The translations under genes were made by a program, and so were the position numbers. 64,000 nucleotides of DNA from assembly GCA_020635535.1 (NCBI GenBank), contig JACJZP010000011.1:6780-70779 (forward strand), written 5' to 3'. Positions 1-9,143 of this stretch are shown here, piece after piece. Source of the stretch: Flavobacteriales bacterium. GTDB taxonomy: Bacteria > Bacteroidota > Bacteroidia > UBA10329. The notes beneath the pieces are model-generated. The model was not told the origin of the DNA. It ran no database searches and worked only from the letters and a program-made list of their open reading frames with translations. Position 1 is the stretch's first letter, and each line of letters opens with the position of its first letter.

Positions 1-80
1 ACCAGAAGCTGGTTTCAAGCGAAACCGAGATAATGGAACAAGACGAAATTGCGGTGCTGCCGCCTTTTGCCGGAGGATGA
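1..80 (+). CDS. moaD: MoaD/ThiS-like sulfur-carrier protein, 3' end only (gene begins upstream of window)
   Basis: Frame ending at 80 reads ...EIAVLPPFAGG*. The C-terminal Gly-Gly is the hallmark of MoaD/ThiS. TGA overlaps the ATG of the next gene (ATGA at 77-80). Confidence 0.5.
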   Translation, partial: QKLVSSETEIMEQDEIAVLPPFAGG

Positions 81-838
81 GATACGACAAGCAAATAGCG
101 TTGCCCGAAGTGGGAGAAACCGGTCAACAGAAGTTGGCTGAGGCCAAGATTCTGGTGGTCGGTGCTGGCGGATTGGGTTGTCCTGCACTTCAGTATTTAG
201 CCGCTGCTGGAGTTGGAAACATCGGGATTGTTGATGGAGATGTGGTGAACGAAACGAATCTGCACAGACAAGTGCTTTACACCAATTCCGATGTTGGGAA
301 GCCTAAAGTTGAAGTTGCGGCTGAGCGATTGAAACAGCTCAATCCAGAAGTGGAAATCCACACATTTTCCGAGTTTCTTACTGCTGGAAATGCCATGGAT
401 ATTGTTTCGAATTACGACCTGATTGTGGATGCTACAGACAATTTCGCAGCGCGTTATCGCATCAACGATGTCTGCCTGAAATTGGACAAGCCGTTCGTTT
501 ATGGAGCCATTCATCGGTTTGAGGGACAGGTTTCGGTGTTCAATTACAAAGGCGGCCCAACGTACCGCTGCTTGTTTCCAGATAAGCCTGCCGAAAACCA
601 GATTCCCAATTGCAATGAAACGGGTGTTCTGGGTGTGCTTCCCGGAATAATTGGCACATATCAAGCGACCGAAGTTTTGAAAATCATTCTCGGAATCGGA
701 GAGGTGCTGTCAGGAAAACTGATGACGCTGAATCTTCTCACAAATTCTACCCGAACGTTTGAGGTTTCTCGAAATGACGAACAGGTTCAGAAAGCGAAAG
801 AAAAAGGCCTTGCCGCACGCGAAAAACATACACTATGA
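77..838 (+). CDS. moeB: MoeB/ThiF-family adenylyltransferase (molybdopterin-synthase adenylyltransferase)
   Basis: Rossmann motif KILVVGAGGLGCPALQYLAAAGVGNIGIVDGDVV and a CxxC pair near the C-terminus. Sits in the Moco operon context. Confidence 0.85.
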   Translation: MRYDKQIALPEVGETGQQKLAEAKILVVGAGGLGCPALQYLAAAGVGNIGIVDGDVVNETNLHRQVLYTNSDVGKPKVEVAAERLKQLNPEVEIHTFSEFLTAGNAMDIVSNYDLIVDATDNFAARYRINDVCLKLDKPFVYGAIHRFEGQVSVFNYKGGPTYRCLFPDKPAENQIPNCNETGVLGVLPGIIGTYQATEVLKIILGIGEVLSGKLMTLNLLTNSTRTFEVSRNDEQVQKAKEKGLAAREKHTL

Positions 839-1281
839 CCAAAGAACGAAAACCGAAAAACGTATTTGTGGAAGGGGCAATTCCGCCCGAAAAGATTGCG
901 ACTTCCATTGCGCATCATCAGGTAAAAACCAATATCGGTGCGCACGACATTTTCCTTGGACAAATACGTGCTGATGAGATTGATGGTAAGATAGTTACAG
1001 CCATCGAATACTCGGCTTATGAAGACATGGCAAGTCAGGCAATCCATGAAATCCGGGAAGCAGCTTTCGAGAAGTTCGATTTGACCTGCATGCATATTTA
1101 CCACAGTTTGGGACGAGTGAAGGCTGGCGAGATCTGTCTGTTTGTCTTCACTTCATCGGCTCATCGCAAGGAATGCTTTGAAGCAACACGCTTCATTGTA
1201 GAAGAGATAAAATCGAAGGCGCCCATTTTCGGGAAAGAGGTTTTTGAGGACGAAACGCATGTTTGGAAAGAGAACAGATGA
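835..1281 (+). CDS. moaE: molybdopterin synthase catalytic subunit MoaE
   Basis: 148 aa, the size expected for MoaE. ATGA-coupled to moeB and to the downstream gene. Lies between moeB and moaC. Confidence 0.65.
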   Translation: MTKERKPKNVFVEGAIPPEKIATSIAHHQVKTNIGAHDIFLGQIRADEIDGKIVTAIEYSAYEDMASQAIHEIREAAFEKFDLTCMHIYHSLGRVKAGEICLFVFTSSAHRKECFEATRFIVEEIKSKAPIFGKEVFEDETHVWKENR

Positions 1282-2189
1282 TTGACATTACGCACAAATC
1301 GAGCACGCTGAGAAGCGCCACGGCACAAGCGGTGGTCAAGGTCAGCAAGCCTGAAACCATCGAAGCTATTCAGAACCGAACCGTTCCAAAAGGCGATGTG
1401 TTGGAAATGGCAAAAGCCGCAGGATTATTAGGCGTGAAGAAAACTCCTGATCTGCTGCCCGATTGCCATCCGTTGCCCATCGAACACGCGAGTATTGAAT
1501 ACAAGATCGATGGGCTGGAAGTGACCATTCTGATGCACGTGAAAACCATCTACAAAACGGGTGTTGAAGTGGAGGCGATGCATGGCGCTTCGGTGGTGGC
1601 GCTCACTATGTATGACATGCTTAAGCCGATTGATAAAGGAGTTGAGATCCACCACATCAAACTGCTGGAAAAGAAAGGCGGAAAATCAGATTTCAACAAC
1701 CGTTTCAGGGAAGACCTGCGAGCAGCTGTGGTTGTGTGTTCGGATACGATTTCGAAAGGTCAGAAAGAAGATAAGGCTGGAAAGGTCATCGTCTCCAAAC
1801 TGGAAGATTGTGGCGTGAAATCAGAACGATATGTGGTCATTCCTGATGAGGTTGAGGCTATTCAGAATGAGGTTAAGAATGCCGTTGATTCTCAGATGGA
1901 CCTCATAATTTTTACAGGCGGAACGGGACTTTCCAAACGGGATGTAACACCCGAGGCGATTGTCCCCATGTTGGAAAGAGATATTCCAGGAATTGCCGAA
2001 GCAGTGAGAAACTACGGACAGGAACGAACGCCTTATTCCATGCTTTCGAGAACGCTTTCAGGAGTGATCGGAGAAACGCTGATTTTGGCGCTTCCAGGTT
2101 CAACCAATGGAGCAAGAGAAAGCATGGACGCACTATTTCCGCCCTTGCTGCACATTTTCGGTGTACTGAAAGGAGCACGACACGATTGA
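1278..2189 (+). CDS. moaC: bifunctional MoaC (cyclic pyranopterin monophosphate synthase) / MogA-MoaB-like molybdopterin adenylyltransferase fusion
   Basis: N-terminal half carries MoaC motifs (HASIEYK...EVEAMHGASVVALTMYDM). C-terminal half carries MogA/MoaB motifs (VVVCSDTISKG...IFTGGTGLSKRDVTPEA...LPGSTNG). Likely start at ATG 1278, coupled to the moaE stop. Confidence 0.8.
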   Translation: MIDITHKSSTLRSATAQAVVKVSKPETIEAIQNRTVPKGDVLEMAKAAGLLGVKKTPDLLPDCHPLPIEHASIEYKIDGLEVTILMHVKTIYKTGVEVEAMHGASVVALTMYDMLKPIDKGVEIHHIKLLEKKGGKSDFNNRFREDLRAAVVVCSDTISKGQKEDKAGKVIVSKLEDCGVKSERYVVIPDEVEAIQNEVKNAVDSQMDLIIFTGGTGLSKRDVTPEAIVPMLERDIPGIAEAVRNYGQERTPYSMLSRTLSGVIGETLILALPGSTNGARESMDALFPPLLHIFGVLKGARHD

Positions 2190-3193
2190 GCGAAACCGCG
2201 AACATATTGACCGATCAGTTCGGGCGTAAGCACGATTACCTGCGCATCTCGCTCACGGAACGTTGCAATCTGCGCTGCACCTATTGCATGCCAGCTGAAG
2301 GAATTCAGCTTCGGCCACGCGATGAGTTCATGCGAACGGAAGAGGTGGTTTCCATAGCCAAGACATTCGTTGATTTGGGAGTTAAAAAGATTCGACTTAC
2401 GGGTGGTGAACCGTTTGTGCGGAAGGACGCAGGAGCGGTCATTGAGGCACTTTCTGAATTACCAGTTGAGCTGAGTGTTACCACTAATGGAATTCTCGTT
2501 GACCAGCACATCGAGCGGTTGAAAGCCTGCGGAGTGAAATCCGTGAATGTGAGTTTGGATTCGCTGAAAGCAAAACGGAACACGGCCATCACCAGACGAA
2601 ATTATTCCGACCGCATAATGGCGAACATTAACCTGCTTGTTGAAGAAGGTTTTGATGTGAAGGTCAACTGTGTGGTGATGAAAGGCGTGAACGATGATGA
2701 GGTGGTCGACTTCATCGCATGGACAAAAGACGCGCCTGTTCACGTTCGTTTCATAGAGTTTATGCCGTTTGATGGCAACAACTGGGATTGGAGCAATGGA
2801 GTTTCGCTCAACGAAATGCTTGAACGCACAACCAAAGCATTCGGTCCGTTCGGTTTTGAACGGATAATCGACCGTCCGAATGATACTTCAAAGAACTATC
2901 GCCTCAAAGATGCTGTTGGAACCTTTGCTATTATCAGCACAGTGACCAACCCGTTCTGTGACACCTGTAACCGCATTCGCATAACGGCAGATGGTAAGTT
3001 GAAGAACTGCCTTTTCTCCACTTCAGAAACGGATCTGCTTTCTGCCCTTAGGAATGGAGAAGACATCATTCCACTGATCACTTCATCAGTTCAAAACAAG
3101 AAGGCTGTCCGTGCCGGAATGGAATCGCATGAAGATTTCTCAAATACCGATGAGCATGCTTCCAACCGGCAGATGGTGGCGATTGGTGGCTAA
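2186..3193 (+). CDS. moaA: GTP 3',8-cyclase MoaA (radical SAM)
   Basis: CNLRCTYCMP radical-SAM cluster motif, GGEP, and a C-terminal second cluster (CDTCNRIR). Confidence 0.9.
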   Translation: MSETANILTDQFGRKHDYLRISLTERCNLRCTYCMPAEGIQLRPRDEFMRTEEVVSIAKTFVDLGVKKIRLTGGEPFVRKDAGAVIEALSELPVELSVTTNGILVDQHIERLKACGVKSVNVSLDSLKAKRNTAITRRNYSDRIMANINLLVEEGFDVKVNCVVMKGVNDDEVVDFIAWTKDAPVHVRFIEFMPFDGNNWDWSNGVSLNEMLERTTKAFGPFGFERIIDRPNDTSKNYRLKDAVGTFAIISTVTNPFCDTCNRIRITADGKLKNCLFSTSETDLLSALRNGEDIIPLITSSVQNKKAVRAGMESHEDFSNTDEHASNRQMVAIGG

Positions 3194-3298
3194 AAACCAC
3201 TGAATTTTCGACCAACAGTACTGAACAATGCCACAAATACGGTGTTCCGCGTAGTCTAAACACCTAAAAACCACGAACTTCGCGTTCCAATTTCAAAC

Positions 3299-5749
3299 AT
3301 GAGAAGATCTCTATCCCCATTTCTTCTACTGTTGTTGCCGTTGTTTGCCTTTTCGCAAACGCAGTCCATTCGTGGTACCGTTACCGATCTTGAAAGCAAG
3401 ATTCCGATCATTGGGGCTGCCGTGGTTGTTCTTGGAAGCGATCCGATCATTGGAACTACAACCGACATTGACGGAAACTTCAAACTTGACAAGGTTGAGG
3501 TAGGTAGGGTTGATGTTCAGGTTACCTATCTGGGCTATTCTCCAAGAACCTTTTCAGGACTGGTCTTGCAAAGTGGCAAAGAGCTCGTGCTCAATGTACA
3601 GATGCAAGAAATGGTGATGAAGAAGGAAGAGGTTGTAGTAAAAGCCACCCGAAAGAAAGATGAGGTTCTAAATACCATGACCACTGTTTCTGCCCGAGTG
3701 TTCTCCACTGAAGAAGCATCGCGCTATGCGGGTACTCGAAATGACGTATCCCGAATGGCGACCAACTTCGCGGGGGTTCGTGGTGCGAATGATGCCACCA
3801 ATGATATCGTCATACGTGGTAACTCGCCAACGGGTCTGTTGTGGCGGTTGGAGGAAATAGACATTCCAAATCCTAACCACTTCGGTAATCTTGGGTCAAC
3901 AGGTGGTCCTGTGAGCATGCTCAATGCAAACGTACTTTCCAATTCAGACTTCCTTACGGGAGCGTTTCCATCTGAATACGGCAACGGGGTTTCTGGTGTT
4001 TTTGACCTGAAAATGCGCCATGGGAACAATGAGAAACATGAGTTCTTAGGACAGATCGGTTTCAATGGAGTAGAACTTGGTGCAGAAGGCCCATTCTCCA
4101 AGAAAAGTGGAGCTTCTTATCTGATCAATTTCCGCTACTCTACGCTGGCGTTGTTTGCGCTTGGCGGAGTGGATTTTGGTACGGGCGATGCCATCCCAGA
4201 ATACTCAGACGTCAGTTTCAAAGTGCGAATTCCTACCAAACATGCCGGAATCTTTGAAGCTTTCGGAATGGGAGGCATTAGCAGCATCGAGTTTCTGGCC
4301 AGCCAATCTGAAGATGACGCAAGCAATTTCTACACCCAAGGTGGCATTGATGTGTATGACAGGACGATGACAGGTGTTGCCGGTCTATCGCACACCTACC
4401 TTTTCAAGAACAACAGCTATTTGAAAACGGTAATTGCTGGAAGTACACAGCTTAATCAGGATGTGATCGATAGTGTAGATCTTAACAAGCATCCGTTCGA
4501 CTGGTACAAGCAGAATTTTCAAGACCATCGGTTTCAAGGGCTGATGTATTACAAGAAGAAGTTCAATGCCAAGCACAATCTTAAGGTCGGTAATAGAACC
4601 ACGGTCTTCTACTCCATTCTGCAAGACAGTGCTTTTATTCCCGATTGGAACGACTACCAAACGCTGACCGATTTTGATGGCGTAACGGCTCTGATCCAAC
4701 CTTTTGCCCAGTGGCAATGGCGATGGAACGACTCATGGACAATGAACACCGGTTTGCACGCACAGGTGTTGACATTGAATGGTTCGTACACCATTGAACC
4801 ACGCTGGGGATTGCGTTGGGCAGTTAACCCGCGTCATAAACTCTCGCTTGCTTATGGTCTGCACAGCCAGATGGTAGCCTTGGACAAGTACTTCCTTGTA
4901 ATGGAAGACTCCATTGGAAATCGTGAAATGCCCAACAAGAACCTCGACTTTGTGAAGAGCCATCATGTGGTTTTGGGCTATGATTGGAGCCTACCGTTCG
5001 ATATGCGATTGAAGCTGGAGGCTTACTACCAGTACATCTACGATGCTGGAATTGACAGTGACAGTTCATCATTCTCCACACTTAACATTGGAAGCTTCTC
5101 TCAAGACGGCCCCGATAATATTGTCAACGGAGGAGTGGGCACCAACTATGGTCTTGAACTTACATTCGAAAAGTTCCTCTCAAAAGGTTACTACTGGCTG
5201 CTTACAGCTTCTTTGTACGACTCAAAATACCGTGGGAGCGATGGTGTTTGGCGGAACACCGTCTTCAACGGTAATTATGTTGTGAATGTGCTTGGTGGAT
5301 ACGAATTGAACCTCAAGCGAAAGAACTTCAAGGTGAAAACACCACCTCCGCGTATTGAGCAGAAGGATAAGCGTTTGGCCCGCTGGAACAAGAAGCAGGA
5401 CAGAAAAAAGAACTCTCAGTATTCGTTGAAGTTCGATGCGAAATTCACCTTGGCAGGAGGCTCACGTTACACACCTATTGATATCAACGCATCGGCACTT
5501 GTCAAACGAGCAGTTTATGTAGATGAATCTGCCTATTCAAAGCAGTTTGAGCCTTACTATCGTTTAGACCTTAGCATGACTTTCAGAATGAGTAGTGGCC
5601 GAATTACGCAAGAATTCATGGCTTCTTGCCAGAATGTTACCGACAAGAAGAACCCGTTGTACAATCAGTACAACCCAGACCAGAACCGACTTGTTAACGT
5701 GAATCAGCTGGGAATTTACCCGCTTTTGCAGTACCGGATACTTTTCTGA
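3299..5749 (+). CDS. TonB-dependent outer-membrane receptor (CarboxypepD_reg-like N-domain + plug + barrel)
   Basis: Signal peptide, IRGTVTD CarbopepD_reg motif, plug motif NDIVIRGNSPTGLLWRLEEIDIPNPNHF, and C-terminal aromatic residue. Paralogue of the gene at 39913-42283. Confidence 0.8.
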   Translation: MRRSLSPFLLLLLPLFAFSQTQSIRGTVTDLESKIPIIGAAVVVLGSDPIIGTTTDIDGNFKLDKVEVGRVDVQVTYLGYSPRTFSGLVLQSGKELVLNVQMQEMVMKKEEVVVKATRKKDEVLNTMTTVSARVFSTEEASRYAGTRNDVSRMATNFAGVRGANDATNDIVIRGNSPTGLLWRLEEIDIPNPNHFGNLGSTGGPVSMLNANVLSNSDFLTGAFPSEYGNGVSGVFDLKMRHGNNEKHEFLGQIGFNGVELGAEGPFSKKSGASYLINFRYSTLALFALGGVDFGTGDAIPEYSDVSFKVRIPTKHAGIFEAFGMGGISSIEFLASQSEDDASNFYTQGGIDVYDRTMTGVAGLSHTYLFKNNSYLKTVIAGSTQLNQDVIDSVDLNKHPFDWYKQNFQDHRFQGLMYYKKKFNAKHNLKVGNRTTVFYSILQDSAFIPDWNDYQTLTDFDGVTALIQPFAQWQWRWNDSWTMNTGLHAQVLTLNGSYTIEPRWGLRWAVNPRHKLSLAYGLHSQMVALDKYFLVMEDSIGNREMPNKNLDFVKSHHVVLGYDWSLPFDMRLKLEAYYQYIYDAGIDSDSSSFSTLNIGSFSQDGPDNIVNGGVGTNYGLELTFEKFLSKGYYWLLTASLYDSKYRGSDGVWRNTVFNGNYVVNVLGGYELNLKRKNFKVKTPPPRIEQKDKRLARWNKKQDRKKNSQYSLKFDAKFTLAGGSRYTPIDINASALVKRAVYVDESAYSKQFEPYYRLDLSMTFRMSSGRITQEFMASCQNVTDKKNPLYNQYNPDQNRLVNVNQLGIYPLLQYRILF

Positions 5750-5758
5750 TTTCCTGTT

Positions 5759-6265
5759 TTACCTTGGATAGAGGCAGAAATCAGTAATCCTGATGTATCC
5801 CTCAATCTTGATCCAACCAACAAATTCTCGATTATCCGAGTCTATCTTGACTGTTATGTAATCCTCCAAATGACTAAGTGCTATTACTCCACCGTCAAAT
5901 TCTGAATCAAACGCAATCTCCGCACCATAATCATAGGTTTGAGTTACACCATCAACGGAACCTAAACTAGAGATGCCCGTTACCCTTATTGCATGAGATC
6001 CGTAATAGCTTCCGCCTGGACTGACTCCCCAACAATTTGAAACATTTAGAATATTGCCTTCAATTGGCGCAGACCCAATTAAACTGACCGCATAAGAGCC
6101 ACCATCGTAGCAATTTACACTTGGCATTTCTATCGGATCTGTCTTCATTGAAATCCCCCCGTCCTGATGCTCACCGACAATGAATGTGTTGAACGGCCTG
6201 TCTTTCTTACATGAGCCGAAACCACAGGCAAGAACCAATAGAAAAAAAGCAACTGATCTATTCAT
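5759..6265 (-). CDS. hypothetical lipoprotein
   Basis: Lipoprotein signal peptide LVLACGFGSC. Last gene of the RR-HK operon on the minus strand. Confidence 0.45.
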   Translation of the reverse strand: MNRSVAFFLLVLACGFGSCKKDRPFNTFIVGEHQDGGISMKTDPIEMPSVNCYDGGSYAVSLIGSAPIEGNILNVSNCWGVSPGGSYYGSHAIRVTGISSLGSVDGVTQTYDYGAEIAFDSEFDGGVIALSHLEDYITVKIDSDNREFVGWIKIEGYIRITDFCLYPR

Positions 6266-6268
6266 TGT

Positions 6269-6901
6269 TTAATCTCTTACCACACCCATCTTCAAGGCGT
6301 ATTTCACCAGGCCCACCACGTTTTTCACCTCCAGTTTCTTGATCAGATTCCGTTTGTGGGTGTCTACTGTGCGAATACCGCATCCTACTTTTTCAGCAAT
6401 CTCCTGATTTGTGTACTCCTGCGCGATCAGCTTCAACACCTCCGATTCCTTTTTGGTAAGCATTGGCGCTTTTTTGGTGTTTACCTGCGCAAACTCACTC
6501 GAGATCTTGGAAAGTACATCAGCACCGAAATGCTGTCGGTCACTGGCCACTTCACGGATTGCCCGCAGTATCTCATCCTTGGTTGAATGCTTCAGAATAT
6601 AACCCGAAGCCCCAGCCGCAATCAACTCTTTGATGAATCTGGGCTCATCATTGATGGTTACTGCAAGTACTTTCGTTTCAGGTCGTTTCTCCTTGATCAG
6701 GCGCGTGGCCTCAACCCCGTTCATCTCTGGCATCATAATGTCCATCAACGCTACGTCCACATCACGTTTTTCACAAAGCTCCACTGCTTGCTTGCCGTTC
6801 TCGGCCGTTTCCACCACGTGAATATCACTTTCGCCACGTATGAGAGATAGTAATCCGTTTCGGATCATCTCGTGGTCATCAGCTATCAGAACTCTTATCA
6901 T
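6269..6901 (-). CDS. response regulator, NarL/LuxR family (REC + HTH_LuxR)
   Basis: IADDH...D-box receiver domain and C-terminal LuxR HTH (ESEVLKLIAQEYTNQEIAEKVGCGIRTVDTHKRNLIKKL). Confidence 0.85.
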   Translation of the reverse strand: MIRVLIADDHEMIRNGLLSLIRGESDIHVVETAENGKQAVELCEKRDVDVALMDIMMPEMNGVEATRLIKEKRPETKVLAVTINDEPRFIKELIAAGASGYILKHSTKDEILRAIREVASDRQHFGADVLSKISSEFAQVNTKKAPMLTKKESEVLKLIAQEYTNQEIAEKVGCGIRTVDTHKRNLIKKLEVKNVVGLVKYALKMGVVRD

Positions 6902-9143
6902 GGTCGGTGTTGCTGCTCAAAGGTATTTCAATTGTGGTAACTGTGCCCTGCCCAGCGGCAGAGTCTATTTCTACCGTGCCCGCAAACACTTGCGCGCGAG
7001 AAATGATGTTCTTAAGCCCGAAGCCTTTCGTCCTTTCTGAGGTATCGAAACCAACCCCATCGTCTTCAACCGAAAGAACAAGAGAGGTTCCGTGGTTAAT
7101 GAACTGAACATAGATGTTGGAGCATTGTGCGTGGCGTGCCGAATTATTGATCAACTCTTGGCAAATGCGAAAAAGTGCTTTCTCAAGATCGTTCGAGAAC
7201 CGCTGATCCATATCTACCATTTCAAGCAGTATGCGAACTTCAGAAGTTGAATTCCACTTGTCTACAAGGTCTTCAACCGCAGGTTTCAAACCGAACTGCC
7301 TGAGCACATCCGGCATCAGGTTTCGGGATATGTTCCGAACCTCATCAAAGGCAATTCCGATGTTCGATTCGAGCTGGTTCATACCTTCAACCAGCCCCCC
7401 ATCCAAACACTCTCCCATGTTACTTCTTATCTGTTGCAGGTTGAGCTTAATAGCCGTAAAGAGCTGCCCCAAGCCGTCATGCAGCTCTTGCGATACGCGC
7501 ATACGCTCGTTCTCCTGGCCCTCGATCAATGCTTCTTTGGTCTGATTCTCAAGCCGCTTCATCTCGGTAATGTCGCGGGCAATGCAGATAATGGAGATAA
7601 CCCTTTTTCCGTGAAGAATGGGAGACATGGCAAGCCCGAACATGGTCTTCCTACCATCTCCGTTCAGGTCAATATCTATCTCTGTCTTTATTGGCGCTGC
7701 ATTCACAGCTACAGCATTCAAGAGTTCTCTGACGGCAATTGCATCATCCTTCGGAAGCACTTCCTCTATGGTTCTGCCAGCAAATCGTTTATCCTTGGGT
7801 AGCCCTTGAAAATCGTTTATCGAAAGGATGTACCCATCGGTATTTACAGTGAGAATAAGGTCATCAGCATGTTCGAACACTGAGCGCCAGCGGGCTTCCG
7901 ATGCAGCCAAGGCTTCCTGCGCGATCTTCCGAGCCGTTACATCCGTGCCTACTGCCTGATAGCCAAGCAATACTCCCGAAGTCCCGAAAAAGGAGGTTAT
8001 TGACCACTCTTGCCAAACCAAGGTACCGGTGGCATCATAATTCCTGAGTTCCAGGATGACCTGAGGTTCTGATGCGGAAAGTCGATTCAGTTCGCGCTCA
8101 CATTTTTCAAGTTCATCTGGTGGAAAAAGACTCACAAACCTTACACCTTCTCCTTTATCCTTGAACCCGAAAAATCGGGTAAACGCCACGTTCCTGAACA
8201 GTATCTTCCCCTTTGGCCCTACTCTACAGATCATTTCATTCTGAGCTTCCACAATGCTCTGATACCGATGCTTCATTCTGGAGAGCTCGTGCTCCATCTT
8301 TTTGGCGTGCGTCACATCAACCACTGAAACTAACACGAGAGAAAGGGTTTCCTCATGGCCGGGTAAGACATTAAGATTGAACAGCACGTCCAATACCTCC
8401 CCTTTCAAGTTGAAAATGGATGCTTCTGATCGGAACGAGGTCTTTCCTTCTGCCAAGGCAATGAACTCCTCAAGGAACACGTTCTCAGAATCCTTGGTAA
8501 AGTTCTTTCTCACCTGAGATATGATCTCATTCTTGTCGGCCGCTCGGGTCATTTCCACCGTTGCCCGATTGACGTTCAGCACCCGAATTAGCTGGATACA
8601 CTCATCCAATGACTCAGGGTGGGTCATGAAATGTCTTCTAAAATCTAAAACTCCTTTCTCTTTGAGTGCATCTAAATAGGCCTTGACCGCGCTGAAATCC
8701 TCCTCCCAAAAAGCAATGGGTGCATTATCGAAAATGAACTGATACTTGTCTTCGGCCAATTTGGCCTCGGTTATGTCTCTAGAAACTCCAATAAGTCCAA
8801 TGATCTTTCCTTGTGTATCGTACAAAGGCGATTTACTGGTAGAGAAGATGCGCGGTGGTGTTCCTCTTGCGCTTTGAGTTTCATAAACGAGAGATTCTCC
8901 GGTTTTGTAGAGGTTTTCGTCCCGCTCCATGTATTTCCATCCCTCCTCCCCCAGAAGTTCGTTATCCGTCTTACCTATCACCTCATCAACCGAAAGGCCT
9001 AGATAACTGGCGCCAGCCTCGTTAATGGTAATGTATCTTCCATCAACATCTTTAGCATATATGGAATCCGAAGCGCCTTGAATGATGCTGTTCAGCAGCT
9101 CATTCTCCCGCTCAAGGAATTTTATTCTGTCTTCGGGTTTCAT
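6879..9143 (-). CDS. multi-PAS sensor histidine kinase (HisKA_3 + HATPase_c)
   Basis: Several PAS/PAC-like blocks, H-box ELHDGLGQ, and HATPase N/G boxes. Probable start is Met20 of the ORF (ATG at 9143), in a TGATG overlap with the upstream ALDH stop. Confidence 0.8.
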   Translation of the reverse strand: MKPEDRIKFLERENELLNSIIQGASDSIYAKDVDGRYITINEAGASYLGLSVDEVIGKTDNELLGEEGWKYMERDENLYKTGESLVYETQSARGTPPRIFSTSKSPLYDTQGKIIGLIGVSRDITEAKLAEDKYQFIFDNAPIAFWEEDFSAVKAYLDALKEKGVLDFRRHFMTHPESLDECIQLIRVLNVNRATVEMTRAADKNEIISQVRKNFTKDSENVFLEEFIALAEGKTSFRSEASIFNLKGEVLDVLFNLNVLPGHEETLSLVLVSVVDVTHAKKMEHELSRMKHRYQSIVEAQNEMICRVGPKGKILFRNVAFTRFFGFKDKGEGVRFVSLFPPDELEKCERELNRLSASEPQVILELRNYDATGTLVWQEWSITSFFGTSGVLLGYQAVGTDVTARKIAQEALAASEARWRSVFEHADDLILTVNTDGYILSINDFQGLPKDKRFAGRTIEEVLPKDDAIAVRELLNAVAVNAAPIKTEIDIDLNGDGRKTMFGLAMSPILHGKRVISIICIARDITEMKRLENQTKEALIEGQENERMRVSQELHDGLGQLFTAIKLNLQQIRSNMGECLDGGLVEGMNQLESNIGIAFDEVRNISRNLMPDVLRQFGLKPAVEDLVDKWNSTSEVRILLEMVDMDQRFSNDLEKALFRICQELINNSARHAQCSNIYVQFINHGTSLVLSVEDDGVGFDTSERTKGFGLKNIISRAQVFAGTVEIDSAAGQGTVTTIEIPLSSNTDHDKSSDS

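Noticed and set aside
3194-3298. Cobalamin or other riboswitch upstream of the first TonB-dependent receptor
   Set aside because: The spacer is only 105 nt and lacks B12-box-like sequence. It is too short for the known TonB-associated riboswitches.
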